A stretch of DNA of 64,000 nucleotides from Eledone cirrhosa (taxonomy: Eukaryota), in NCBI GenBank assembly GCA_964016885.1, contig OZ024743.1:368032001-368096000 (forward strand), given 5' to 3'. Under the pieces are notes generated by a model. It did not search any database. It was given only the letters and a program-made list of their open reading frames with translations, and was not told the origin of the DNA. How positions within the stretch are numbered: the first letter of the stretch is position 1; each line of letters starts with the position of its first letter. Below, one piece after another: positions 39,570 to 52,000 of this stretch. Both the position numbers and the translations under genes were made by a program.

Positions 39570-39745
39570 TATTCTTTTTCTCACTCTCTATCTTTTTACT
39601 TCATCTTTTAATTCTTATTCTATCTTCTGATGAAGGACTAGACTCCAAAACGTAAAGACTCTTTTCCTATGATATCAAGCATTATACTAATATATTTCTT
39701 CATTGTACTGTATTGTTTATTTTTTTGCTTCTGTTATGTATTATA
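39570..39745 (+). mobile_element. Penelope-like terminal repeat remnant with decayed hammerhead-like core
   Basis: CTGATGA-a-gga(ctagac)tcc-AAAAC at 39627-39651. Confidence 0.45.
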
Positions 39746-39759
39746 CCCTTAAAGTAGTT

Positions 39760-39918
39760 CTCAAGAAGATTCAGTGTGACAAGACTGGCTTTTTAATTTA
39801 CAGTTGAGTGGACTGGAACCATGAGAAATAAAGTGTCTTGCTCAAGGACACAACACACTGCCATGAACAGAATTATGATCAAGCCAAACACCCTAACCAC
39901 TAAGTCATGTGCCTTCAC
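39760..39918 (-). mobile_element. CORE-like tRNA SINE
   Basis: Reverse complement aggcacatgacttagtggttaggg...ttgtgtccttgagcaagacactttatttc; same family as 46757-46897. Confidence 0.7.
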
Positions 39919-40199
39919 ATACATATATGTTATATCGGGTTGCTCTTCAGTGCTACTGGTAACATGTAACCCAGTACAACCTGTGCATGGTCAGGTCATT
40001 GGTGACTAAACCGGCAACTCCACCAAGCTTGTGGGATGAAAAACAAAACTCCTAGTCTTCATTAAGACATCTCTCTAGGAGTAGGTCAATCTGATATAAA
40101 ACCTGCGACTTAGTTTGCATCCAATGATGTAGACCAGTTATTCTTGAGCAAATACATTCAATGTTCAGACAGTGGGATTGGCCCTGTGCAAAGCCTTTC

Positions 40200-40495
40200 C
40201 TCACTTAAAAAAGCTTTAAGCACAGGCATTGCTTGATATGACATTTTTTGTGATGCATGGTATTGCTGGCCTGGCAGAGGTCAATATAAAAAGGACCCTA
40301 GTGTTGATAAGTGTTGGTGCTGGTACCATGATAAAACACAACAAGTGATTGGTGTAAGGAAGTGTATGCAGATGTAGAAACCATACCAGAGAATGTAATG
40401 TAAGATGCAATCATCTGAGCTGTGTAGCCTCAGAATGTGACGACCTGTGTAACCCATGTAAGCATGAAAAATAGATGGAAAACTGATGATGATGC
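40200..40495 (+). mobile_element. Old SINE with RTE-type tail
   Basis: gtgtaaggaagtgtatgcagatgtagaaacc...aacccatg..agcatgaaaaatagatgga..(gat)n. Confidence 0.55.
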
Positions 40496-40564
40496 TACTA
40501 CTACAGTCATATTTTAAACTTTAGATAGAAAAGTGGAGAGGTAAGCATCTCTACAATACACTAA

Positions 40565-41704
40565 TCTATATATGTAAAACTGAGGATGTCTGTCTGTGTG
40601 AGTTTGAATCCCTAAAACTCGAGAAGCACCCAACCGACTGTTTTCAAACTTTACACATGTAATACTTATGTTTCAGGGAGTGTTCTGAGCAAAGAAATTT
40701 TCAAATTTTCAATGCCCTAGGGACTGCATTAGGCGATTTAGCGATCTCTCTCTATAATTCTTAGTCTTTCTCATTTTAGATAGATACATACATATAACGT
40801 CGCGCCCTTATAATATCTATGTCTGGTTGTCTGCATTATGTCACTTCCCAAAATTCCCTCTGCGTGCAGATTTTCCACTTACGGCCCACTGCCGCCGGTT
40901 ATTCTGCCACCCTTGCTCAAGACAAATCTTGCACTCATTCCCCAAACAGTTGGTAAGTGCACACAACTTCTTCCTCACGTTTTAAACCACAGTGTTGCTT
41001 ACTTACGTGCCACCAGACCCTTACTTCTTTGCCAGCCGTGGTTGTGGCAATATTAAGCTTAGCTAAGGTGGTTATATATTTCACACAACACTAAAAATGA
41101 AAGCCGGTAACTATGTATTAGTCACTCTTCTTCATACCGTGAGCAAAGAAAATCCAACTTTTAGTGGAGCAAGTGAAATAAAATCGATCCTGCTGCGATT
41201 CAAAAATTGTCCAGGAATGCAGTTTTTCCATGATTAGGTCTGTTGGTGGCCCGCGTTATGTTTCAGGGAGTGTTATGCACATGAAAAATTCAACTTTTTG
41301 ATCCCTTAGGGGAAAAACTGCGTTTTTTCAGCTTTTTAGGGGTATTTTGAGGCGTTACGTCAGACCAATTTCCTTGAAATTGTAACTATGTATTAGTTAG
41401 TCTCTTCTTCATAGTCTCTTCTCTTGTTTTAGGTGTTACGTCTAGCCGATTTTCCCAAAATTTCAAGGCATATTATGCACATAAAAAAAATTCATTTTCT
41501 TGATGCCCTAGGGCCTGCATTAAGTGAAAACCTGCATTTTTCCTGCTTCATCAAGGAAAATCTTAAAGATTATCCAGCTATCAGAGTATTCAGTTTATTT
41601 TCTTTACATATTGTTGAGACATGCAGTTTTTCCACGATTAGGTCTGTTGGCGGCCTGCGTTCCAAAATACTTTATCCCGTGCAACGCCGAGTACCACTGC
41701 TAAG
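40565..41704 (+). mobile_element. Non-autonomous Helitron
   Basis: 5' a|TCTATATATGTAAAA...tgtctgtctgt; 3' hairpin cccgtgcaacgccgag then ctaag|t (CTAG-like); no TSD. Confidence 0.75.
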
Positions 41705-42054
41705 TAGTTATTAAAAAAACTGATTCTTTACTTTCAATATAATACTTTGTGGCAAATATGATAGGTCAGCAGTCTCTCACAGATAAAAATGTCTTAAAGA
41801 TCTAGTGTCTTTTATGTAGGTGAACTGGGATATGTAGAATTAATTGTCCAGCTAGATACATGTTGATACATAGACATGTCTTAGATGCATGCATAGTCCC
41901 TTCACTTTCGAGGGTGTCGTAGGGGCGCTGCACTGACACATCGTTTCTAGGGAATTTTAAAATCTGGTGGAGCCCAATCCTCTTCAGGTCTGAATACAGC
42001 AGATTTCTGCCAGAGAATGGAATTGAGATAGATATATAGAGGAAGAACTCGACG

Positions 42055-42188
42055 GGGACTTTTTTTATTGACCTTGAATGGATGAAAGGCAAAATTGACC
42101 TTGGCAGGATTTGAACTCAAGAGAACAGAAACAAATGCTGCAAAGCATTCTATCCAATGTTCTAATGACTCTGCCAATTCACCACCTA
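42055..42188 (-). mobile_element. Deu/Nin-like SINE
   Basis: ttttattgacc..ggatgaaaggcaaa.ttgaccttggcaggatttgaactc...ctgccaattcaccacc. Confidence 0.75.
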
Positions 42189-44894
42189 TCATATATTTAG
42201 ATACATTTAAATGAAGATAATATCTAATGAAGGAACCTTTATTTGGTAATTTGCCTTGCCAAATTTTACTAACACTCTATCCTGTTAAAAATGGAAATAA
42301 CATAACTTCTGACATACAAAAGATAGTAGGATTATGGTTAGAATGCTTGGGATTATCACTGTATTCCAGCAGGTCTTACCAGAATTAAAGAACAACAACC
42401 ACAACAATCAAATCTTCAAATCATACTCTATCATCTGAAAGGACTGAATTATCATGTATGTAATACCTTTGATCATAGGTTTCTTGGGTTAGGGTCTTAT
42501 AGGAGTTAAACAGCAACATCTGATCTTTGGAAAATCCCACCTGCTCTTAAATATATCAGTGGCGTACATTTCAGAATTCTAACTAAAATATGCTAGTACT
42601 ATTACCTGTTGTATTAAAATGTTAATGTTGGAGTTTCACACTTCAGTTGGACTCTTATGAATACTTGGATGTCAAATCGTTCCTGTTTGCTATTTCTAGA
42701 TATTTTTAAATGTTACAAATTATGGAAAAATGAACAGCCAACAAAAATTATATCAGTACTTGATCCCAGAAGGGTGGAAGGCAAAGACATATTTGGCATA
42801 ATTTGAATTCAATATGTAAAGGTACATAACCAAATACCACATGATAATCTGTCTAGTAATTTACCTGCTGCACCACTCTGCCACATTTTTTTTTCTTGAA
42901 TGAATACATGCTATTCTGTTATGAAAAACTGAAAGAAGAATGAAGTGAGATAAACATTAAGAAAGAATATTTTTACAGTTTATTGTGTATGATCGTAGTA
43001 AAATTGCTAGAAGACAAGTCTTCTATAATATCTCTTATTTCATAATACATTTCTTGAAAAGAAAAGAAATAACCAAATATTTCACATGGTTATCTTATTC
43101 CCCCAGACATCTTTGCAGTTCTTATCACTCTATTGCTTACACAACACTCAAATAACCATTTTTAATGTGTAAATTATGCCCAATAATAATTTTAAAGAAA
43201 TCTGTTCAAAATATAGTGTCACACATCTGGTGTTATCTTTAGTCAGGTTTAAGAAATAGTTTCCATTTTGGAAACTAAATTTCAATTGAAAACTGTTGAC
43301 ACAAGTTTCAGCTAAGATTACTTATCTAATAATATGTAAAAACAGCAAAACAAACAACAAAAACACGAAGAATTCTTTGACGCCCAAATGTTGAGGATAA
43401 GAGTCAAACTCAGGTGTGATCAAACTTAATACTGCAAAATGACATTTTCACGTAACAGTCAATGGTGCTGGGTTATTTTAGTAACGATTCTGAAACTTGA
43501 ATTGCTGATATATATAAAAATAGATGTTACTAATATATTTATGTATAAGACTATGTATGCATTTATATATATATATGTATATAAAGGTATTTGCTCTAAC
43601 ATAGCTGTATACATGAGTATTTTGTATATCTAGTGATATACGGAAGACTGATCTAGCTGACCTGGTGATAAACAATAACTATTCTGGTTAAACATATATT
43701 TTCTTCAATTCCTCAAAATATCTTGTCACCTCAACTGTTCATCAAACTTCAGCCACTACCTGCTTTATGAGTTGCTCAGTTATATGATTGGAAAAAATCC
43801 TTTAGAACATCTGAAAGGAATAACATTTGCAGTAATTTCTCATAAAAATACCATGTACTTATTTCTTTTTTAAAAATTCACTTTTGAGTAAGGCTCACAT
43901 CAGAGGGAAGGTCACTCAACTGATTGGTATTTCTCTCACAAATACTCTTTCCCTCTATTTCATCCAATTGGAATCACATATCCAATCTTCACCTCTTTTA
44001 TTAACCAGCTCTTCAACTGCAACGTTAACATTGAATGACTACATAAAATGGTCATAAAAGCAACCCTTTGTTCTAAACTTTGCTGTTTCTCAGAAATCTG
44101 TTAATGTTTCAGAATTTTCTCCATTTCATGGTTGGATTATATACATATATTCTCCTTACATCATCCTCTTACTTTGATGAAAATTAACGTATTGTTTTAT
44201 AGTAATGGGGAACGTGTGTGTATATGCATATATATACACACACACACACTTTTTTTCATGCTTATATATATATATATAAATATATATATGTGTGTGTGTG
44301 TTCAAATGGTTGCTGATGTAAGCCTCTAAAGTCATATATTTAATGGATAATTTTGTTTGCTTTAAGTCAATAAATATTTTGATTTCACTTTTGATATAGA
44401 ATACTGAATAGAAAAAATGAATTGGGCTTTAAATGTAGCATTTTTTAAAAGTGGTTTTTCAAATATTATTGGTGTAGTTTAAGCTGACTGAGGTATATTG
44501 TAGCAATGTCAATGGTACATTATGAATCTGTAGAAATATTTTCCTGGATTGTCAAGGTTTTTTTAAATATAAAATATGCATTGTGTTTCAAAGTTGAATG
44601 AAATCTCTATGAAAAAGGTAATAAAAATATCTATTTAATTTTGATATTTCACATATTTTATTTAACATATTTTGCTTCTATATTTATCTTACATACTCAG
44701 AGGTAAGTTGAAGATTTTTACAAAGAAAACAGGGGCTAAAACTGCAAATGACTGAACCTTACTGAGCTTAAATTTAGCAGCATGTACTAACATCTATATA
44801 CACTGTGAAATACTGAAAATATCCTACAAAATGAGACTGAAGCAAGTCAGCTAGCTATTACATGATGGGTCAGATCCAATGTTTGGCAAAGCAG

Positions 44895-45115
44895 TATAAT
44901 CATGAATTGCTACAAAGGAAAAGGGGATTCCCTGGAGAGGTGCAATGATATAGGCATCAAACTTATGGAGCAAATTATGAAAGTAACAGAAAGAGTTTTA
45001 GCACAAATAATTAGGAAGAGGATTAGATTAGAAAGACTGCAGTTCAGTTTTGTATCAAGTTAGCATATCATTGATGCTCTCTCCTTGGTGGGACAGCTAT
45101 AGAATTTTTGAGGAA
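44895..45115 (+). mobile_element. Old RTE family A-related RT fragment
   Basis: NCYKGKGD..GIKLMEQIMKVTERVLAQIIRKRI..QFSFVS vs NCYKGKGD..GIKLIDQVMKVTEKVIVQLIRERI in the 650-aa ORF. Confidence 0.8.
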
Positions 45116-45149
45116 GATGAAATTTGGCCCAGGATGTTAAAAGCCTTAA

Positions 45150-46692
45150 ATAGAGATGGTATTCTCTGGCTGACTCATGTTTTCCAGATGACCTGGATCT
45201 TTGGAAAGGCACCTTAACAATGGCAATTGGGAGTGATAATCCCAATTTTTCAAAAAAGTAGACAAGAGAGATTGCTCTAATTATAAAAGGATCTCCCAGT
45301 TAAGCCTCCTGGTAAAGTCTATGCTAAGTGTCTGGCAAAGAGGTAGGGAGATTGTCGAGTCCAAGCTAGCTGACAAATAATGTGGTTTTACCTTTGGACA
45401 AAGCACAGCTGACCAAATATTCATACTGCAGCATGTCTTTGAGGTGTATGTTTATTTTGTAGAGCTCGAAAATGCGAACAACTGTGTTTCATGGGACCCA
45501 TTTGGGAAGGTTCTGCAGGAATCGATGGATAACTTCTTGTTGCCCTTAAGCCTCTATACAAATGCCTAAATATTTGTGTTCAGATAAATGGTGTTAAGTC
45601 AAAACAATTCAATATGGGTGTCAGACTCTGACAATGGTATGTACTGTTACCTCTCCTGTTCATTATTTTCATAAACATAAACACATTTTCATGAACAAGG
45701 GCGGCAAATTGGCAGTATTGGTAGAGGGTTGGACGCCATGCTTTGTAGCATAGTTACTGCCCTTTACGGTCTCAGTTCAAATCCCGCTGAGGTTAACTTT
45801 GCCTTTCATCCTTACGAGGTTGATAAAATAAAGCACTGGGATAAGTAATGTACAGGAATAATTGCTGGCCTTGTGCCAAAAGTAGAAACAATTATTTTCA
45901 TGAACAGGATTGACATGTGGAGCTGGATTGGATATGGTATCACAACTGGCAGGTGTAAAATCAGTCAACAGAAGGTGATCTCCAACTTGCTCTTGATAGG
46001 TTTGATGTCGAGTTCTGCATGGCTGAAATGAAAATCAGTGCTGCGAAAACTGAGACACTTGTCCTCCGAAGAAACTTGTGCAGTGCACTCTATATGTGAA
46101 TGGAGTTCCACTGAAGCAGGTAGAGAAGTTCAAGTACCGCAGGGCTGTGGTCATGAGTGATGGAAAGCAGGAGACTGGATTAAGTGCAAGAATTGCAGGA
46201 GCTGGTGCAGTAATGCATCAGCTTCAGCATTTCGGTACTCAGAAGAAGGGAAGTAGGTGTAAATGCCAACCCTTACCTATGGTCATGAATCTTGGGTAAT
46301 GACCAAAAGAATACGGTTGCGAATACAAGCGGCCGAAATGGGGTTCCTCCGAAGGGTCTTTGGGGTAATGTTACTCAATAGAGTGCATAGCTCGGTGATC
46401 AGAGAGTGACTCCAGTTAGAGCTGCTTCTTCTCCAAATTGAGAGATCACAACTCTGATACTATGGGAATGTGGTTAAAATGTTTCAAGAAAGAATCAGTG
46501 AACAGATTTTGCGGGCAAAACCAACTGGCAGGTGACCCAGTGGCAGACTCTGGGCAAGATGGTTGGATAACAACCATAAGTTTGGCTGGTCATGTTTAGG
46601 GATCCAGCCGGATCAGTTGCTTCTGACAGGAGCTTCTGGAAGTAGTATTTGAAGACTCTGTCCCCACGACTCTCTCAGAAATAAGTGAGCGA
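45150..46692 (+). mobile_element. RTE family C, 3' half, decayed and interrupted by a SINE
   Basis: Inverse-colinear with 18000-19300; LKQVEKFKY..ARIAGAGAVMHQLQH. Confidence 0.85.
45698..45893 (+). mobile_element. Full-length Deu/Nin-like SINE inserted in RTE-C with 13-bp TSD
   Basis: attttcatgaaca at 45685-45697 and 45894-45906; interrupts LFIIFMNRIDM. Confidence 0.9.
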
Positions 46693-46756
46693 AGGAGATA
46701 TATATATATATATGTGTGATCATGTGATTGGATCCTGACTCTATATATATATATAA

Positions 46757-46897
46757 AGGCACATGACTTGGTGGTTAGAGCATTGAGCTTGCAATCAAAA
46801 GGTTGTGAGTTCAATTACCGGACTGGGAGATGTGTTGTTTCCTTGAGCAAGACACTTTATTTCACATTGTTCTAGTTTACTTAGCTGTAGAAATGAG
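46757..46897 (+). mobile_element. CORE-like tRNA SINE (5' part)
   Basis: A-box-like tgacttggtgg, B-box gagttcaattacc, ttgtttccttgagcaagacactttatttc core. Confidence 0.75.
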
Positions 46898-46904
46898 ATG
46901 ATAG

Positions 46905-47148
46905 GACTGGGGTCCCTATCATTCCACTGCAAAGTGGTCGTGGAGGTGCCATGTAAAAAAAAAAAAGCACCCAGCACTCACTGTAAATGAGGTTGGTGTT
47001 AGGAAGGGCATCCAGCTGTAGAAATCAAGCGAGAATCAGTTCCCGTATGAGCAAGACAAGGTCAGCCAACCGGACACTGCCCACAACAGGACAACCTCTC
47101 TAACTCATGCTAGCGGGAAAGAACGGACGTAAAATGGTGATGATGATG
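46905..47148 (+). mobile_element. RTE family B 3'UTR and tail
   Basis: Inverse complement of 24747-24960; ends aacggacgtaaaatggtgatgatgat. Confidence 0.85.
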
Positions 47149-49169
47149 AGTCGGGATCCGATCACATGATCACACCCGAGCTGATCGATATGGAAACAAA
47201 TTGTAATATGTAATAAAGTTTACAAAAAGCTGTAATTCTTATTGTCATTCTATATACATGCGCGCACATGCACACACGCACACACGCATACAGTGTTATC
47301 ACAGCTTGAGAACAGACAGATTAGAGCAACCCATTCTTTCCAGTCTTGTTCTATATTTTGTGTGGTTTCTATAGCTGGATGTCCTTTCTGATGCAAACCA
47401 CCTTACGAAGTTTACGGGGCTATATTTATTAGGGTGTAGGTCTCAAACATTGAATATTGGCAACATTTTCCAAGAGATCAGAGTACAAAATTGAATTTGT
47501 GTTTTTTTGACATAATGATTTCTATATTGAAAATATTATTTAGAATGCATTTTTTGGAAAAAAAAGTCAAAACTAGAAACATTACAGCCAGCTATTGTAC
47601 TCTAAAACTGAGAGTGAGGGTAAAAATATTTTAAAAAGAAAATTTTGAAATAATTTGCAGGAATTGTAGACACTTGTTTTAGCATACATTTTAAAATCTC
47701 TAACTTTTTTGTAATCCTTTTTTCTTGTTTTTTATAAATTCTTTGGATTTTTAAAAATGTTTTAAACATCAGTCATTCATAATCAGAAAAAATGTTTTGT
47801 TTCCAATCAAAAGCTAATTAGGGTTATAGAATTTACAGTTACAGTACTTTTTTCATATTAAAATATATTTTGTTTGCATTTGAAGTGTAAAAGTGTATTG
47901 TTTTAATCTGTAATTAAATTTTGATACTTAATAAATGGAAACTAATATTTAAAATTTTCAGAATGTAGAACAATTCTTTCAAATTTAAGCATATAAAAGT
48001 GTATTGATACATTTCAAATGCAAAGGAAAAGACTACTGGAGTTGGAAATCCTAACTTTAAACAATTTCTGATGAAAAAAAAAAAAATAATCGTTGCCTTT
48101 ACAGATTCTATGGTGTCCAAAACAATAATAATAAAACCTGAAAACAACTTTATAAAAGCATAATAAAAATGTTAGAAGTGGTTAAAAATAAGTTCTATGG
48201 TACTTTATCTGCTAGAAGTTATGATCAAATCTCCCTATAATTCCGTCCTCATATCTTAAGACAAGGCAATTCTTTTGTTATTAGTAGTTGAAAATAAAGG
48301 TATTTAAAATATATGGGCATTAATTTAGTTTCAAATTACAAAATGCATTTTTATGCTATAAATTATTTTAATAATCTAAATTACAAAATGCATTATACAA
48401 AACACATTTTAATCAGTTAATTAATAAGGCATAACTACAATTTTGTGCTTCCAACTTTGTTTCCTTATAACATTCTTTAATAATACAGATTTTAAATTAA
48501 ATTCTGGTGAGATGCATTTTTGAAGGTGTTGATTATGTTGAATTTAAAAAAAAAAAGTGGGATTGTGAACTAATTCATTATTATTGCTTAGAAAGGAAGT
48601 CATAAACATAATACTTTAATTATTGTATTATACTTCAATTTGTTAATATTTTCATTATTTTGTATCTGTATTTATAGTAAATTAAATGTAAACTCACAAA
48701 TTTGTTCATCACGCCTTCCATTTTCATGGTGATAATAAATATCAAACAGCATAATCTCAAAATATTCTATAGAAACATAATGACAACTATGAATTGTATA
48801 AAAAAAAAAAAAACTTTTTTAAAAAAGTTTCATCAACATAATTTTTATCTGTATTTTTGAAAATGTATCTCATATAAGGGAATAAAGATAGTGGAGGTGC
48901 ACTAAACTATAGTAAAATGATTTATTAATGGCATAATTATGTAAATTTCATTATATAAAGCACATTTTAATACATTTATATATATAAAATGGTTGGTTAC
49001 ATAGATATATAATGCTTTGATCCATTATTATAAGGATGGTTCCAGCTATTCTGATCTTGTCATCTATGAATTTACTCCACCTAAATCTCATTTGATACTC
49101 CTATCATTCTTCAAGTTATGTTATGTTCAATGTGTTTATTCACAATTATATAAAGGGGAAAACAAAAAA

Positions 49170-52000
49170 CGAAACGACCATCAAATCACCACCAAGTGCA
49201 ACAATTGGTTGCACATCACAAGGGTCAACAGAATATTTTGAGGCAAACCAATAGGCTTGCAACATTAGGTGATGGCAAGGCTGAAACATCTAGGCACCCT
49301 CACAGGCATAACTGACACCTCAGAAAGACAAGCTGCCAGTGATGACAAGAACTTTGCTGTTAGGAGCCCAACTCCACCAAACGTCTCGAACGCCACGGGC
49401 TGGAAAAAATAATTATTAGATAAATCCAAGTATTTCCGAATTTTATTGTTTGGCAACAGAAGCAGTAACCCACACATTTACTGTGACATCCGTAATGTGG
49501 GAGGGAGCAAAAGAGTCACTGACTGTGATGAGACACCAAACTTTTACCCAGGGACAAAGCTGGCTCCAGAACTGAAGAGATATTTACCCGAGCCAAGGCC
49601 CACTTAATGGCCAGGTTTAGCTTGGTGTGGAGGGCGAAACAACTAGCATTCATGCGGCAGGACAGACCATGTAGGCCTGTGGAGTCAAGGGACCTACCAA
49701 AGTGACATCTCAGACTCCACAGACATCAGCTCCCATTCAAAGTGCAATGGAAATGCAGAGCTCATCCTGACTGAGAAGACCACCGATGTTGGCCACAGGC
49801 AGGGCATCAATCCACCCCCCACCCCGTGAACTTTGCACTTGCTGAAAGGAAGCGGCACCTAGAAAATTGATCGGAAAAGAGAGTATTGAAAGTTTCTCTC
49901 TAACACAAGTTGTCCCATACTCTCTACTTCCGTCTATCCTCATCAGTTAAGGGAACTGACAAACTCAGCTCTCTCCACTGTAGTAAAGCTTTATCCATCT
50001 CCCGGGTGGTATTAGTTCAGGTTGAAAAAGAGAGGAGGATGTCACCCACTAAAGAGGAGCAAGCATGGATGGAGGAAAACAGCAAGGTAGAAACAAAGAT
50101 GAACATTTGCACAGACCAAAACCTCAAAACCATTTGGCCGAGGCAGCATAATTGCAGGATTCTAGAGAGAATAGGACATTGACCAGACCCTTGAGCTTAG
50201 TAAATATTAGGCTGTCAAAGCCTTGGAGAGATGACAAGAATTTATAAGAGGGACTAACTCTGAGGAAATACAACTTAGGTATTGAGAAGTATTTCCTAAA
50301 TATAAAAACCCTTAGTGCAGCTCAATGACTTCAAGGATTTTTAGAAGTTGCTCGAGGTTAGCCAACTTAGATTGAAAGATGGACTCAAAGGCTTGGTCAG
50401 TAATTGGGGCTCCAAGGGAGCACCACTCTAATGAAGGAGGAACTGTAATAGAGAGGAAGGACTTTGTGAACAGGTCAACAGTTTGCTGATGTGAAGCTGA
50501 GTGGTGGGGGGACCAGAGCTTGCATTTTGAACAGTTGACATGAAGGCCCCTACAACCCAATTTCTCAATTATTGTCTTCGCGATTGCAAGGACCTTATCT
50601 GGAGGACCTCCAAACAAGCATCATACAGATACCAGACATTCAAATCAACTTCCATCTTGGTGATGTCATCAATGCCCAGTGCAAAAAGAGCAGGTCTAAG
50701 TGGGTAACCCTGTTGGACCACTGTGGCAGATAGGAGGAAATGGTCACTGAAGGAGAGGTTGGAGGGCTCATGATAGATTTGCCAAGAAAAGGGGTAAAGC
50801 TTTGGGGCCCTCCCTTTACTGAATGGAGGATGATATCCCAAATGATGGAATTGAAAGCATTCCTAAGATCTAGCTTGAGGATAACCTTGGGGGTTTCAGA
50901 AGGCAAGTTGAAAAATGCTCTGGTGGTGTGAGTAGCAATCTCACACCCCAGGTTGGTACCCATCCCTAGCTGAATAAGGGAGAATTTGGTGGACAGGCTG
51001 TTTGAAATGAAAACACATACTTTCACAGTGTGCACCCAACTTCTATGGGGCAGAGGCTTTGTGAGGCCAAACAGTTTAGCCTCAAAGAACAGAGGGGGTG
51101 GGGGGTGGATATAAGAGGACATTCTTGGACAAGAACAGGTTGATGAATTGGGTGAGGTTCTCCAAGAGCTCCAGACTGGCATCTCCAGCCTACAAGGAGA
51201 CACCAATGTTGAGGTGCTGAGGTTGTAGATCATCTATCTCTACACTAGAATCTGCCAGAAAGGATATGATTGCCTTCCTAATGTTATCTAGGATGAAGAC
51301 AGGTTGTAAATAACCTGGTGGATCAGTGTAAGTGGTCAACCGGATGTTTCACTCAGTTGTATGAGTGAATCAGTAGTGCATTGGATAAAGGATAACAGAG
51401 AGGAGAGGTGGCAAACAGCCCCTTTAATGTCAAATTCATTGAGTTTGGTGGCTATCCATTGATTAGAACTGAGTTGATCACTGACCTGAGATAAGCAGTA
51501 GTTGCGTTTGAATCAAACAACTGGAACTGCCATTTTAGGGAAGATGTGAGGGATCCGGATTTCATGTACACATGGAGAGAGACTAAGGGGAACAAGAACA
51601 GTTTCTGCCAATCCGATATGCTGTTGGATAAGTAAACATTCTTCAGCAGCTTGGAGGGAGGGAGCATGGGCGAAACTGGAATGTTGTTGATGAGTTTCAA
51701 CTTAGACAAGCCTCGGAGGGCAGCAGCAAAATCCTCAACAGAGATCTAAATATCAGAGCTAGGTTCTGATCAAAGTGAATTGTAGCTGAAGTGGCATTGG
51801 TTATGTGTCCAGTTTGAGAAAATTTCAGCTTGAACCTTAGTAATGCAAATACAGCTTCTGTGATAGCTTAGGCTACGTGAATGACATAGTGAATTGGCAG
51901 CATCAGAGGAGCTGACTTAGAATTAGGATTCAGACAGGAAGGAGAAAATGGTGGGGTAGGTTAACGATAGAGATAGTGGGGAGCTGGGTGATCAACAATA
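49170..52000 (-). mobile_element. Large decayed CRE-like non-LTR retrotransposon (RT + zinc finger + restriction-like endonuclease)
   Basis: QLGMGTNLGCE, LKLDLRNAFNSI, VQQGYPLRPALFALGIDD, WYLYD, GLHVNCSKCKLW, ISIAL, CH.GRSLDSTGLHGLSC, YFFQPVAFETFGGVG. Confidence 0.88.

Noticed and set aside
48105-48163. Possible alternative terminal exon after ttgcctttacag
   Set aside because: Short low-complexity peptide with no recognisable similarity; chance acceptor likely.
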